A stretch of 63,584 nt of DNA, filler included, from Octopus bimaculoides (lineage: Eukaryota), in NCBI RefSeq assembly GCF_001194135.2. It is 6 parts of 6 records of this genome, joined end to end, with 100 filler letters (N's around TTAATTAATTAA, not from the genome) between each part and the next. Parts side by side here need not be neighbours in the genome. Positions count along the whole stretch, not along the records: positions 13,278 to 23,208 come from NC_068987.1; positions 23,309 to 50,597 come from NC_069002.1; 4 more parts are not named here. One strand, given 5' to 3'. Each line of letters starts with the position of its first letter. Position 1 is the stretch's first letter. This document shows positions 13,956 to 25,267 of this stretch, piece after piece. The notes beneath the pieces are model-generated. The model ran no database searches and was not told where the DNA came from. It saw nothing but the letters and a program-made list of their open reading frames with translations. Position numbers and translations under genes: made by a program.

Positions 13956-14175
13956 CTGAGGTAGCCAGAGTTTAATTTTACTACGTACTAAAATTTAAAT
14001 TCCTAAAGTATTTTTTTAAAAAAAGTCGAAAGAGAGGAAAAAAGAATAATCATGTTCAAACGTTCAAACTGGTTCAGGAGTACAAATATATATATATTTG
14101 AATTCAATTTGATTTCAAAATGTCTTTCACTCAAAATCTCGTAATATTTAAAGAATTCCACACGTTATCTCTCAG

Positions 14176-14190
14176 TATCTATCCAAGAAG
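14176..14190 (+). CDS. Gene 1, 15-nt microexon (phase 1-1; xSIQE)
   Basis: ttatctctcAG|TATCTATCCAAGAAG|GTgagg; 106-nt intron to the next exon; in frame with exon 14297. Confidence 0.55.
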
Positions 14191-14296
14191 GTGAGGTTGC
14201 TATACATTAATTTTGCTATGTACGAAAATTAAAATTCTTATAGTATTTAAAAATAAATGTACATAGAAAATAGAAACTAAAATTTCCCTTACATAG

Positions 14297-14408
14297 ATAT
14301 TAACTTCCTCGAGGTGTCAGTAGTAGCCATAATGGGCAGGGATGATGTTTGTCAGGTCTCTGGGTTTGCTGCGCACGAATTTAAGTTACTTTTTGCGTTT
14401 TTATTGCA
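14297..14408 (+). CDS. Gene 1 exon, 112 nt (phase 1-2; DINFLEVSVVAIMGRDDVCQVSGFAAHEFKLLFAFLL)
   Basis: ctaaaatttcccttacatAG acceptor, GCA|GTacgt donor, open frame compatible with both neighbouring exons. Confidence 0.7.
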
Positions 14409-15073
14409 GTACGTACTGTTGTTATTATGATTATATTAGTTTTCTGCCATTTGTAAAATCTCCAACGATCAATCTTGAATTGTCGTTATAGGCTGTGTTG
14501 GATATCTGCCAAAGCAGAACAAAGGGTACAATATCTGTAATCGTTTTACGACATCAACAACAATATTACCACAGATTTGGCAATTAACATATATTTCTAC
14601 TTTTTCCTTCTTATTGTCTTGGCACACATCTATGCAATAAACGATTGCCAATCAAGAGAGAAAATGCTCGTCCTATAATTTAGACGATACTTCATGAGGG
14701 AAAAGTATTTCGAAAACACCTTTATGATAATGTTGATAGCACCGAGGCTAATGGAAGCGTTAATAGTAGGAACCTGGTTACAAGGACAAGGTTACATTAT
14801 CAATCTTTCTCTTGGTTGGAATCACTCTCAGCATATAATTTCAGCGAATCTCATTAATAACACAGACATGAAACACAAAGTGAAATTTAGTTTAGGAAAT
14901 ATAATCAAACATTTCACTCAATTTGAAATTCTAGAGTTTAGCGCCCTTAAGAAACGTCGATTAATCATTTTTGGGAGTGTAAGTTTTATAATTCCGCGTT
15001 AATCGATTCTAGTACGTAGCTCGAAATGTTCTAACTTGCTTTAAATGATCTATTGATGAAACTACTTTTTCAG

Positions 15074-15114
15074 AGGTGGCATGTGTGCACCACATGGGTC
15101 TCTGCAAATAAATG
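15074..15114 (+). CDS. Gene 1 exon, 41 nt (phase 2-1; QGGMCAPHGSLQIN)
   Basis: actactttttcAG acceptor, ATG|GTgtga donor; supplies exactly the phase change needed between exons 14297 and 15298. Confidence 0.65.
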
Positions 15115-15297
15115 GTGTGAAATATTTAATAGCCAATCATTAGCATGGGACTTGCAAACCGCCAAACATTAAAATCAGTTGTCGAAATTACTACTGACAT
15201 TGCATAACATATAAGAGAGAATAATAATATAGTATTATTTACTAAACCAAAAGTTTGCTTTTACATGTCATTGTCCTTTATTGCTACAACTCTACAG

Positions 15298-15339
15298 ACA
15301 ATGGTGATTTGTTAACGACAACATTCAATCTGTTCAGAG
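15298..15339 (+). CDS. Gene 1 exon, 42 nt (phase 1-1; DNGDLLTTTFNLFR)
   Basis: ctctacAG acceptor, GAG|GTgagt consensus donor, open frame. Confidence 0.7.
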
Positions 15340-15439
15340 GTGAGTGTAACACATGACCTGACACAGGCATAGCATTTTCATATAAGTTCACCAACGAGAA
15401 TAACATTCTAGACTCTAGAATATATATGTATATACATAC

Positions 15440-15800
15440 ATATATCCTCATCGTAGCCTATTTTCAGAGTCCAAATTCTATCATAGAATCATTGGAAAAA
15501 ATCTGCGCATACTGGTCTAGGCTGTACAGTTCTGCTTCTGTAATTTTGAATAGCTTCAGCTCGTCCATGACTAACAAGTGGTTTACTTTTCTGTTACCTC
15601 GTCCCAGATCATACCCCAACTTTGTTTTCTCTAGTATTTCACGCGGGAGGATCATTCCCGGCACGGATATCAGTGGTGACTCACTATCCCCCTAGAGGAT
15701 ACCTTTCTTGATTTTCACCTCTTGCTTCCCTGCTGTGAATTCCGTTCTCCAGTATTTCATCATATTCCCTATAAGGTATATTTCCTACATAAAGTTTGCC
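15440..15800 (-). mobile_element. R4/Dong-like LINE reverse-transcriptase fragment, intronic and antisense to gene 1
   Basis: V.IKKG..GDS..P ... GYDLG...VNHLLVMDELKLF ... EFGL correspond to RT motifs including a degenerate YMDD. Confidence 0.8.
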
Positions 15801-15940
15801 ACTTATTGAGAGCAAGGATTATCAGGAAGGTTCCAGGCACTTGAAAGACTGCTGAAAACTTGTGAATAACTAAGGTTACGGGTAGTAACTCACTATCCCC
15901 AAAATTTCTATTAGGAAAAAGGCAGAATATGAGCCAAACC

Positions 15941-16004
<64 letters not shown>

Positions 16005-16172
16005 GAAGAAGTAGAAGAAGAAGAAGAAGAAGAAGAAGAAGAAGAAGAAGAAGAAGAAGAAGAAGAAGAAGAAGAAGAAGAAGAAGAAGAAGAAGAAGAA
16101 GAAGAAGAAGAAGAAGAAGAAGAAGAAGAAGAAGAAGAAGAAGAAGAAGAAGAAGAAGAAGAAGAAGAAGAA
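15941..16172. repeat. (AAT)n followed by a long (GAA)n tract
   Basis: About 20 AAT units then about 55 GAA units with one GTA interruption. Confidence 0.95.
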
Positions 16173-17175
16173 ATTAGATACCGACACTACCATGAAGGAA
16201 CTTGAACCATAATAAAGCTATAAATACCTGGGGATAAATGAAGGAGTCGGTATACTGCTTGCAAATATGAAGGAGAGATTACGAATGGAGTATTACAGAA
16301 GAATACGACATACACTAAAAACTGAACTCGACTTCAAAAATCGCATCGAAGCCTTTAATATCCTGGCACTTGCAATAGTCCAAAACAGTTTTAACATCAT
16401 TAAATGGAATTTTACTGAACTCCAACGGACATGAAGACAAGTAAACTACTAAGACAAGTAAACTACTAAGATCTAAGAACATGCATAACCCAACAGCAGA
16501 CATTGATCGTGTGTACCTATCTAGAAATAATGGGGTAAGAGGAATGGTGCAAGTAAAACTGTGCTATAGGGCCTCCACAGTAGCAATGAACAACACCTTA
16601 TCTAGTACAAAAACTGGATGCTGCGGTTTGTGTGCAAACTCGAATGCAGCCAAAAAAAAAAACACATTCTATTGTCAAGGACGCTTGCAAATTCGCAATG
16701 GAACTTGACATTAATACTGAATTAGATGACAAACCCGAAATCACTCTCACGAAAAGCAAAGCAGATCAAAGACATAGCAAAAAGAGAACGAGGAGCAGCG
16801 GAGGCAGAAGCCTCTGCATGGATAGTGTACACTTCGAAGTCAAAATGCTGAAGTAGACGGAGCAACAACGCATCAGTGGCTGAGGAGCTCAGGACGTAAA
16901 TCAGGTCTCATATTGGCGACACAATATCAAAGCTTGCTTTTGAAAACTAAAAGGCTAATGTTGTTCAAAACGGTTCGGACCATAAATGCAGATTTTGCGA
17001 TAAATTTGATGAAACAAAGGAACATCTCATCTCGTGGTCTTCAAGGTGTGATAAAAAAAAAAGAGATGTCAGAAATATGTAGATAATATCCAAGGAGACC
17101 CATGGTTCAAGAAATCCCAAAGATTGTACCAACAGCTACTGCACACATCCTTAAAAAAACCCTACCAGTTTAAAT
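16173..17175 (+). mobile_element. R4/Dong-like LINE 3' fragment with internal deletion
   Basis: YKYLGINEG..MKERLRMEYYRR..LKTEL, ADIDRVYLSR, CRFCDKFDETKEHLIS zinc knuckle, C-terminal TAHILKKTL; frameshifts and stops. Confidence 0.85.
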
Positions 17176-17989
17176 GATGGTGTTGTATTACATGAACATA
17201 TTTCGCTACTGCTCCTGCCACTTACTCCCTTTAATATTTCAGTCATACTGTACCATATATTATCGTTCACAAGCCCTCGGAGGCTGAGATATGTGTCGGC
17301 GAGTGATTGTAATACACTTTTAAAATCACTGAAATATAATTTAAGTGTAACTATTTATCAACAAACGAAGAGAACCACCAAACTTCAGATCGTTAGATGT
17401 GTGAATAAATTGACCAGGACAAAACTAAAAGAGGATCAGGAATAAGGAAGGAATAAAATGCTAATGCAAATATGAGAAGCAAAGCAAATCTTTTTTACTG
17501 CATCATGTGTCCAAAATACAGTAAGTATAACGTGGTTCAAATATCATCAAAATTTATATATCGGGATAAGTTACGTAATAAAATCAGCTCATGATTCGTC
17601 ACGTAGAAACATCCCATGTATTGAATATCTAGACATTTGTGGGAATTGACTATTAAAAAACAAGCATTTCTTCAAAGCAAAGGAAGAAAAGAATCAACTA
17701 TTCGATGTAGTATAATAATAATACTGATTTACAAGAATTCGAAATCTGAAACTCTGAGGGAAATACATCTGCTACTAAAATAAGTCCCTCTGCGGTGATT
17801 ATTCCATAGCACATGCGTTTGAAAAGCTGCAAACTCTGAAAGCGCTTATCAATTCCAAAACTTGCTTCCAAAGTAGACGCAAATATATCTATTCCTAAAT
17901 ATCAATTGAGCGTTCTCTAAATTATATAGGATTTCCATAGGCAAAACTAATATACGTTAAGTTATCATACTATATCTAATCATTTATAG

Positions 17990-18044
17990 ATCAGCTTCCA
18001 CTACCTAAAGTCAATTGTGTAATGGCCATGTATTCGTACTTTGG
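17990..18044 (+). CDS. Gene 1 exon, 55 nt (phase 1-2; DQLPLPKVNCVMAMYSYF)
   Basis: ctaat branch-like motif plus catttatAG acceptor, TGG|GTaagt consensus donor, open in the frame carried from the previous exon. Confidence 0.7.
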
Positions 18045-18259
18045 GTAAGTCTGCTATAAACCGTTAATATATAACCAATGCTTCTCAAAGTTCTACAATG
18101 TATTAATTTGCCTTCAATTACTGGTTTCATTCTTATTCTCTTGTTTACTGTAATTATCATTTAAGTTTGATAATAATTTTTAACCGTGTAATATGGGTTA
18201 AACTATGAATGGTTTATATTTTGATGATACAAAAACTAATTTTGTTTCGTTCCGTATAG

Positions 18260-18284
18260 ATTTGAAAATTTTATTTTTTATTGA
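18260..18284 (+). CDS. Gene 1 putative terminal coding exon (GFENFIFY*), followed by AT-rich 3' UTR
   Basis: ctaattttgtttcgttccgtatAG strong acceptor; phase 2 start; TGA at 18282-18284. Confidence 0.55.
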
Positions 18285-18711
18285 CAGTTTTACACATTTC
18301 TGATTATAGTCATTTACTTCATATGACAACATTTTATATTTTGTTGCAAATTTTTGTTACAAATCAGACATTGCTGTAATGTTTCTTCATTATTGTAACA
18401 TCACATAAAGACAATAATGAATAGGGAAACATAAACTACTTGGTTAATTAGGAATGATATTGTATTTAAGCCTAATACTTGCTTGCTATATATATAAAAA
18501 TATTTAATTGATATATAAGTTTAATATTCTTTTGTTTCCTTCGGAAAATACCATTTTGTCAGTGTATATTTTCATGATCAATTGTAGATTGTGTTAGTGT
18601 AACTGTAAAAGAAATTTCTATGTACATTTTTGCCGCACCAAATTTCTTTGGTGGTAATAGTAGAACATAGTAATCCGTTCTTTTGTAAAATTAGTTTTAA
18701 TTGTTTACCGC

Positions 18712-18717
18712 AATAAA
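18712..18717 (+). promoter_or_regulatory. Candidate polyadenylation signal for gene 1
   Basis: AATAAA about 430 nt after the stop, followed by an A-rich tract; the motif is common in AT-rich DNA. Confidence 0.35.
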
Positions 18718-18769
18718 ATTAAAAAAAATAATAAATAAATAAATAAAAATAAAATAAATATCTCTTCCA

Positions 18770-19560
18770 GACATCTGCTATCCTAGTTTTTATCATTTCT
18801 TCAGTGCGCCAGGGAGTTTTTTTTTAATGAAAACCCGCCATTCTGTATAACACGATAATATTTAACAAAAGCTATAGAGCTATAATGGTCAATCTGAAGT
18901 TTTGGGAATTAATGCCCACTTATTGTTACTTTTCCAGATATTTATTTCATTGATAGTTTTCCATGCTAGATTAAACGGCTTCCTGCTACCTGTGAAATGA
19001 AATATATTCTTTATTCAATATGCTTTTTACTGTTCGATTTTGTATGTGTAAGTCCAGAGAAATTGTTTTAAAATTCAGTGACACACAATGTAACAGATTT
19101 GAATGACTTTAAAGTGAACCGCTCTTCAACAATATTTTTCAGATTCCCGTGGGAATCAGCATGAACTTAGTAAAAGTTTGATTTTAGACCTGGATAGAAA
19201 ATTTCCTTCTACAGTTTTTTGAAACATGGCAAAATTGCTAGAAGTGTTGTTCAGTGTGCCATTTTTAGTTGCCTTTGCGATAGTGAATCATTCTTTTATC
19301 TAAATGTTGCATTACTGATAAAGGTGTTAGTGATTTTAGATATGATAGATATTTTAGATACCTGGTGCAGAAAGTGGCTTAACATTATTGTTGTGATATT
19401 CATTGTAGAGATTATTTTCTCCAAATCTTTCGTTATTTTAGTAAGTGACTTGGGGGTTGAGAAGCATTGCCAGCCATCGAAATCTTGTATTTGTTGAGGA
19501 TCAAAAAAAAAAATACAACTGGTGTAGAAGGTCCCATAAAGAGTGTTTATTGTCCAGACA
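18770..19560 (-). mobile_element. Decayed APE-type (RTE-like) LINE, endonuclease-RT linker
   Basis: Remnants resembling P(W)ESENIVEER..LK and LAWKTINEI across frameshifts. Confidence 0.35.
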
Positions 19561-19639
19561 TGTCTGAGCTTCTTTAACACACCCCTCGTCTAATAGTGAT
19601 TTTTAAAGTGGTTACTGATGAAATGATACACTACAAATG

Positions 19640-20040
19640 CATTAATTAAAATACTCATATTCTATAAAATTTTCTTTGCATATTCGGAAGGCGTTTTAGT
19701 TGTAAAGTTCGGTGCTGAGTATTATGTATTTTCTCAGTTCTTTTTCGCTGGTATATACTCCTCATGTACGTCTTTTCTGAGTGAGTCTCTAGCTGCCTGT
19801 ATGATAGATGTTCCACTTGCTGCTCTCTGTCTAGATGTAGTTCCTGTTGTTGCAGCATGATGAGAATTATTTCCTCTATAGTTGTGGCTGCATTATAGTC
19901 TTGGTGTTAATACTGCTGTTGCGATTACTTTTGTTTTTTCTTCCAGTTGTTCTTGTTATGTGTTATCTTGGCGGGAGGTAAATTGTTCCTGAAATCCTCT
20001 TCTTATGTCGGGGAAGGAAACGCTCTTTGTTGTTTTTTCT
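19640..20040 (-). mobile_element. Possible R4-like LINE N-terminal fragment
   Basis: AKK.LRKY...Y..NAF / RKFYR resembles the pre-RT region of this family; highly decayed. Confidence 0.3.
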
Positions 20041-22463
20041 CTTGCTTTAATTTCCTCTGTTTATTTTGATATAGAATTTTGGGCGATGAAAACAGATTTG
20101 AGTCGCTCTGCACATTACCATGGTGCATAATGTATCTAATGTTTTGTATTACAACATGCTAAATGCATTGGGTCTCTCTCTGTTAATACATTTGCTTGCC
20201 GTCTTTGAAATGGACGTAGTTCGGGACGCCCAAAATGGTATTAGATTATGAAGCGATTCCAATTCTCATCTCAATGATTCGTTTTATTTCAAATCCAGGG
20301 GCCTGTGTATAACGTGGCGTTTTCACAATTAACTATATTTTTCTTTATGATAGAGTGGCTCATCATTCCGTTCAGAGCTCTTTATCACAATTCACGAAAT
20401 TTTCATTGTCGTATCGTTGCTGTTTTTGATGTAGTTGATCTAGCTTATATTGTAGTCCTCATCGAAGTTGTCTTTTCTATCGTCGCCGACAAGGCTGAAG
20501 TTTCATTAACAGTTACACGCACCGACATACATAACTCTCTGAGATTTTTCGTCGCTGCCATGGTACTATCGCAGTGTTCTTAGTAAGAAAATCCTTGATG
20601 CAAGTATCGCTCTACCGTTCTCATTTTTTTTTATTAATCACTTTTTCACTCAATCTGGCGTATACTAATGAGTTCTAAATTTTCATATAAGTTTATTTAT
20701 TTTAAAGTAAACTTTTAAGAATCATAATTTGAAATCAGAAATGTTTCCTCCTCATAACATAAGGGGCATAAAACGAAAGCTCATGAAATATAAGCGTTTT
20801 GTTCTACACATTAAAGGAAAACAAAAAGCAAACTTCGGAAATATTATAGAGCAGACAGATACAAATGCAATTGCATTCCAATCAATGATAGACAACAAGA
20901 AGTTGAATGAAACCGGATAAATCCTGATAACACTGCTATATAAAGCTCACTGACTTTATACACAGGTAGAGATATTATTGATCTCGAGTTACAATATACC
21001 AAGGAATGAAACAAAATGCGTTAAGCAATTCCGAACATGAGATTATGAGGAAACATTTAGCAACATTATCCTATTTGAGACAAATCTTCACATTATCTAG
21101 AGGCATAAAAGAAATGTAGGATATATTACATTGGAAATTACAAAATTATTTAACAATACTAGCCAAAATATTGCGCTGTGAGAATAAAGCAGAAAAGCAT
21201 CGTTTGAAATATGCAATATCACATTAACACGGAGATTAAAACTAATCCAGCGGATATTTTCGTCACATACCAACACGAATTAGAACGGTTCCAGGTCTAC
21301 GTATCATATCCAAGACAGGATACTACAACTCTATTATCTGTACAGAAATAGAGACAGTTGGCATATGAGGTCTGAAAACTGATACGATATTTATAACATT
21401 GGTGGCTGTGGGGTAATTAAAATGATACATATACAGGCAAAGTAAAAAAAATTAAAATAAAATAAGGAGACATTCATGTATGATATTAATTTTTTGTTAA
21501 TTATGTCTACTTATCCCAATAGCTAAGTAATTTCTCACAATGAAATTTCAGACATAGTTGTCAAAATAACTTACACGAGAAAGCACGCGAAAAATGTCTA
21601 TGCTGCACCAAAATTGCTCATCACTACATTGTTAATAAATACATATGCGCATCATAGTTTGAGATAGAGATAGAGGGAGAGGGATATAACACACACACAC
21701 ACACACACANNNNNNNNNNNNNNNNNNNNNNNNNNNNNNNNNNNNNNNNNNNNNNNNNNNNNNNNNNNNNNNNNNNNNNNNNNNNNNNNNNNNNNNNNNN
21801 NNNNNNNNNNNNNNNNNNNNNNNNNNNNNNNNNNNNNNNNNNNNNNNNNNNNNNNNNNNNNNNNNNNNNNNNNNNNNNNNNNNNNNNNNNNNNNNNNNNN
21901 NNNNNNNNNNNNNNNNNNNNNNNNNNNNNNNNNNNNNNNNNNNNNNNNNNNNNNNNNNNNNNNNNNNNNNNNNNNNNNNNNNNNNNNNNNNNNNNNNNNN
22001 NNNNNNNNNNNNNNNNNNNNNNNNNNNNNNNNNNNNNNNNNNNNNNNNNNNNNNNNNNNNNNNNNNNNNNNNNNNNNNNNNNNNNNNNNNNNNNNNNNNN
22101 NNNNNNNNNNNNNNNNNNNNNNNNNNNNNNNNNNNNNNNNNNNNNNNNNNNNNNNNNNNNNNNNNNNNNNNNNNNNNNNNNNNNNNNNNNNNNNNNNNNN
22201 NNNNNNNNNNNNNNNNNNNNNNNNNNNNNNNNNNNNNNNNNNNNNNNNNNNNNNNNNNNNNNNNNNNNNNNNNNNNNNNNNNNNNNNNNNNNNNNNNNNN
22301 NNNNNNNNNNNNNNNNNNNNNNNNNNNNNNNNNNNNNNNNNNNNNNNNNNNNNNNNNNNNNNNNNNNNNNNNNNNNNNNNNNNNNNNNNNNNNNNNNNNN
22401 NNNNNNNNNNNNNNNNNNNNNNNNNNNNNNNNNNNNNNNNNNNNNNNNNNNNNNNNNNNNNNN

Positions 22464-22563
22464 ATGTATTAGTACGACGCTCGGGAATACGGAAAGTCTT
22501 TAACGTTTCGAGCTACGCTCTTGAACAGAAAGAATACGGACACAAGGAGAAAAAACACGGAGA
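22464..22563 (-). mobile_element. Short Penelope-LTR-like repeat with degenerate hammerhead (copy 2)
   Basis: Near-identical reverse complement of 30730-30830; next to (TA)n and a gap. Confidence 0.7.
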
Positions 22564-22582
22564 AAAAAAATGGAGAAAAAAA

Positions 22583-22620
<38 letters not shown>

Positions 22621-22639
22621 CTATTTCGTCTACCAAATC

Positions 22640-22764
22640 TATTGACAGGGCATTGATCAGCCCGAGGCTATATTACACGACACTTGCCCAAGATGGCACA
22701 CAGTGGGACTGGACCCGCAGCATGTGGTTAGTAAGCAGGCTACTTACCACACAGCCACTCCCGC
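22640..22764 (-). mobile_element. tRNA-derived SINE 5' head
   Basis: gagtggctgtgtggtaag...gggtccagtcccactg...ttgggcaagtgtc on the minus strand. Confidence 0.7.
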
Positions 22765-23308
22765 TAGCGTGTGTGTGTGTGTGTGTTTATGTATTCATGT
22801 GTGCTAGTGTATACTATATATGTGTGTTAAATCTCTGAACGAGCAATGTTAAATCTCTGAAACTCGGGTCCGTACGTATCGCAGACCAAGATGGGAGGGA
22901 TAACTTCCCTTGGCAAAAATAGACAGGACACAGATGTGTGTCGATAACCCAGCTGGAGGAGATGTTCTCCTGGGGCTAAAAGCAGCACTAACATCCACCC
23001 TTAGGGGTCAGCCACATTTAAATGGCAAATATACTTCACTTTATCGTGCAGTTACTGTTAATACCTCGTTCAGAGATTTAGCATTGCTTGTTTTCACTTT
23101 TTCGATATCAGTGAGTAACTTCACTGGAAAAAGACTTATATTTTGCCAAGGGATTGTCCTTCTCATCGAAGGTCGGCAATTATCGTACGCTGAAGTAGGG
23201 AAATAACCNNNNNNNNNNNNNNNNNNNNNNNNNNNNNNNNNNNNNNNNNNNNTTAATTAATTAANNNNNNNNNNNNNNNNNNNNNNNNNNNNNNNNNNNN
23301 NNNNNNNN

Positions 23309-23359
<51 letters not shown>

Positions 23360-24062
23360 TTGTGTGTGTATCTTTGGCTTTCTCCAGCCGCTGCTAAACA
23401 ACGGGTGTTGAATTCTTCATGTATCTTTAACGCAGTGGCTAGACACTGGAGACTCCAGTATAAATACAAGGCTTTAATAAAAGGAACAAAACAGAGATGG
23501 CCGACATTTTTTCGAGCAACGTAATAAAAATAGCAAAAGAAAAAATTCATTGCCGCTTCGTCATTGCTTCAGCATTGCCGCAGCCCAACGTCTGATTCAA
23601 GTGAAAGATAAAAGACTATAATTGTAAATATTCCAACGCCTTACACCGGATACCATAGCGGATGCAGTGGTTGATAAGGAAACGAGTCAGTAGGAATCCT
23701 AAGAATTTTTGCGTTACGTGTATGTATTTATGAGTAATAGATTCATAGAAAACAAACTTGCCAGACAGGAGAATAATCTACAGGTGTTTCTATCCACTGG
23801 TTTTGTTTGTTTTAGTGATTATGTTATTTGCTTTGTAAATTCTTTTGTTCTTTGCGTTCGTGTTGCTCTTATTATTGTTCTTGTTGTATAAGTCTTTGTT
23901 GTCATGACTTTGTGAAATCGATTAAATATGAATCCAAGATCTGCAAAGATGTAGGAAATTCATGCGCCTCTTTGCATCTATACATCTAAATATGATCTGC
24001 AAAGATGTAGGAAATTCCTCTGTCCATTTCGTTATATAAATGTCACCATTTATATAACACCA

Positions 24063-24202
24063 ACATCATCATCATCATCGTCATCATAATCATCATCATC
24101 GTCATCATCATCATCGTCATCATCATCATCGTCATCATCATCATCGTCATCATCATCATCGTCATCATCATCATCGTCATCATCATCATCGTCATCATCA
24201 TC
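24063..24202. repeat. (CAT)n array with a 15-bp higher-order unit
   Basis: gtcatcatcatcatc repeated about 7 times. Confidence 0.9.
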
Positions 24203-24283
24203 ACGAGCATAATCAGCACAATCACACTTAAAATAGTCACTAATAGGACAATTAGGTCACCCACACAAACACAAACACACACA

Positions 24284-24348
24284 TCATATCTCTTCTACTA
24301 ATTCGTTGTCAGCAGCCAATTGATCAGAATTAATGATATATCCCTCGT
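24284..24348 (-). CDS. Gene 2 possible terminal exon (DEGYIINSDQLAADNELVEEI*)
   Basis: ctattctcatcAG acceptor, open to TGA; in phase with a possible 15-nt microexon at 24711-24725 (ATG|GTgaga donor), but the linking phase 0-1 exon was not found. Confidence 0.25.
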
Positions 24349-25232
24349 CTGATGAGAATAGTGTGTGACATAATTTAGTTAATGTTCTTACATTTGGCGA
24401 ATGCTTCTAATAGTTTTTTTCGTATTCAGTTTTTTCATATTCGTTCTAATAATAATCTCGAAAATGCATTTAAGGCCGAAATATTCAAATATAAACCATT
24501 CTGTTAACTACTTTCCTTTGTCATTTACATGTTCGTTATTTTCTCTGTATGATACCACAACGATTTTTTCAAATCACTTCAGCCTGGCACCAAACACGCA
24601 ATTTAGAAAATAAAACCATTTTCCACATCTTGAACCAGAATTGGATTACCAAACAGTAAAACAACAGAGTTGACTAAAATTAAGAAAATATCATTCGAAT
24701 GAAGTCTCACCATCTTTAGTAAAAGCTACACTAGACACTAGGTTCAACACTTTGTCAATTAGATTCGAAAAATTTGGGAATGATTTTTATCATTCACCAA
24801 TATCAACCGATGTTAGAGAAAGAAATTTTGTTACACATTGCATTTGTATTAAGGCATATTTACGTATCATATAAAATCTAAAATATAACTGGCTCCCAGA
24901 TGAATTTTATCTTCCATTTCAAAACATCTCATTTTTACATTAATTTCAATTTCGCCATCTTGATATATTTAATTACGAGTGAAGGAGTGAAATGCTGAAC
25001 ACATTTATTTTCTGTAAAAGAATTAATACAGCGTTGGATTTTATTTATCACGCTCACAATTACATAATCCGATGCATACATACGAAAGTACATACATACA
25101 TCATACATACATTCATATATATAGATATTTACATACATATACGTTTATATACATATATACATACACATACTTATATATACACTTCACACACATATATATA
25201 TTTATATATCCATACATACATATATATACACT

Positions 25233-25267
<35 letters not shown>

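Noticed and set aside
15876-16193. Poly-F/poly-R/poly-I ORFs
   Set aside because: These are the (AAT)n(GAA)n microsatellite.
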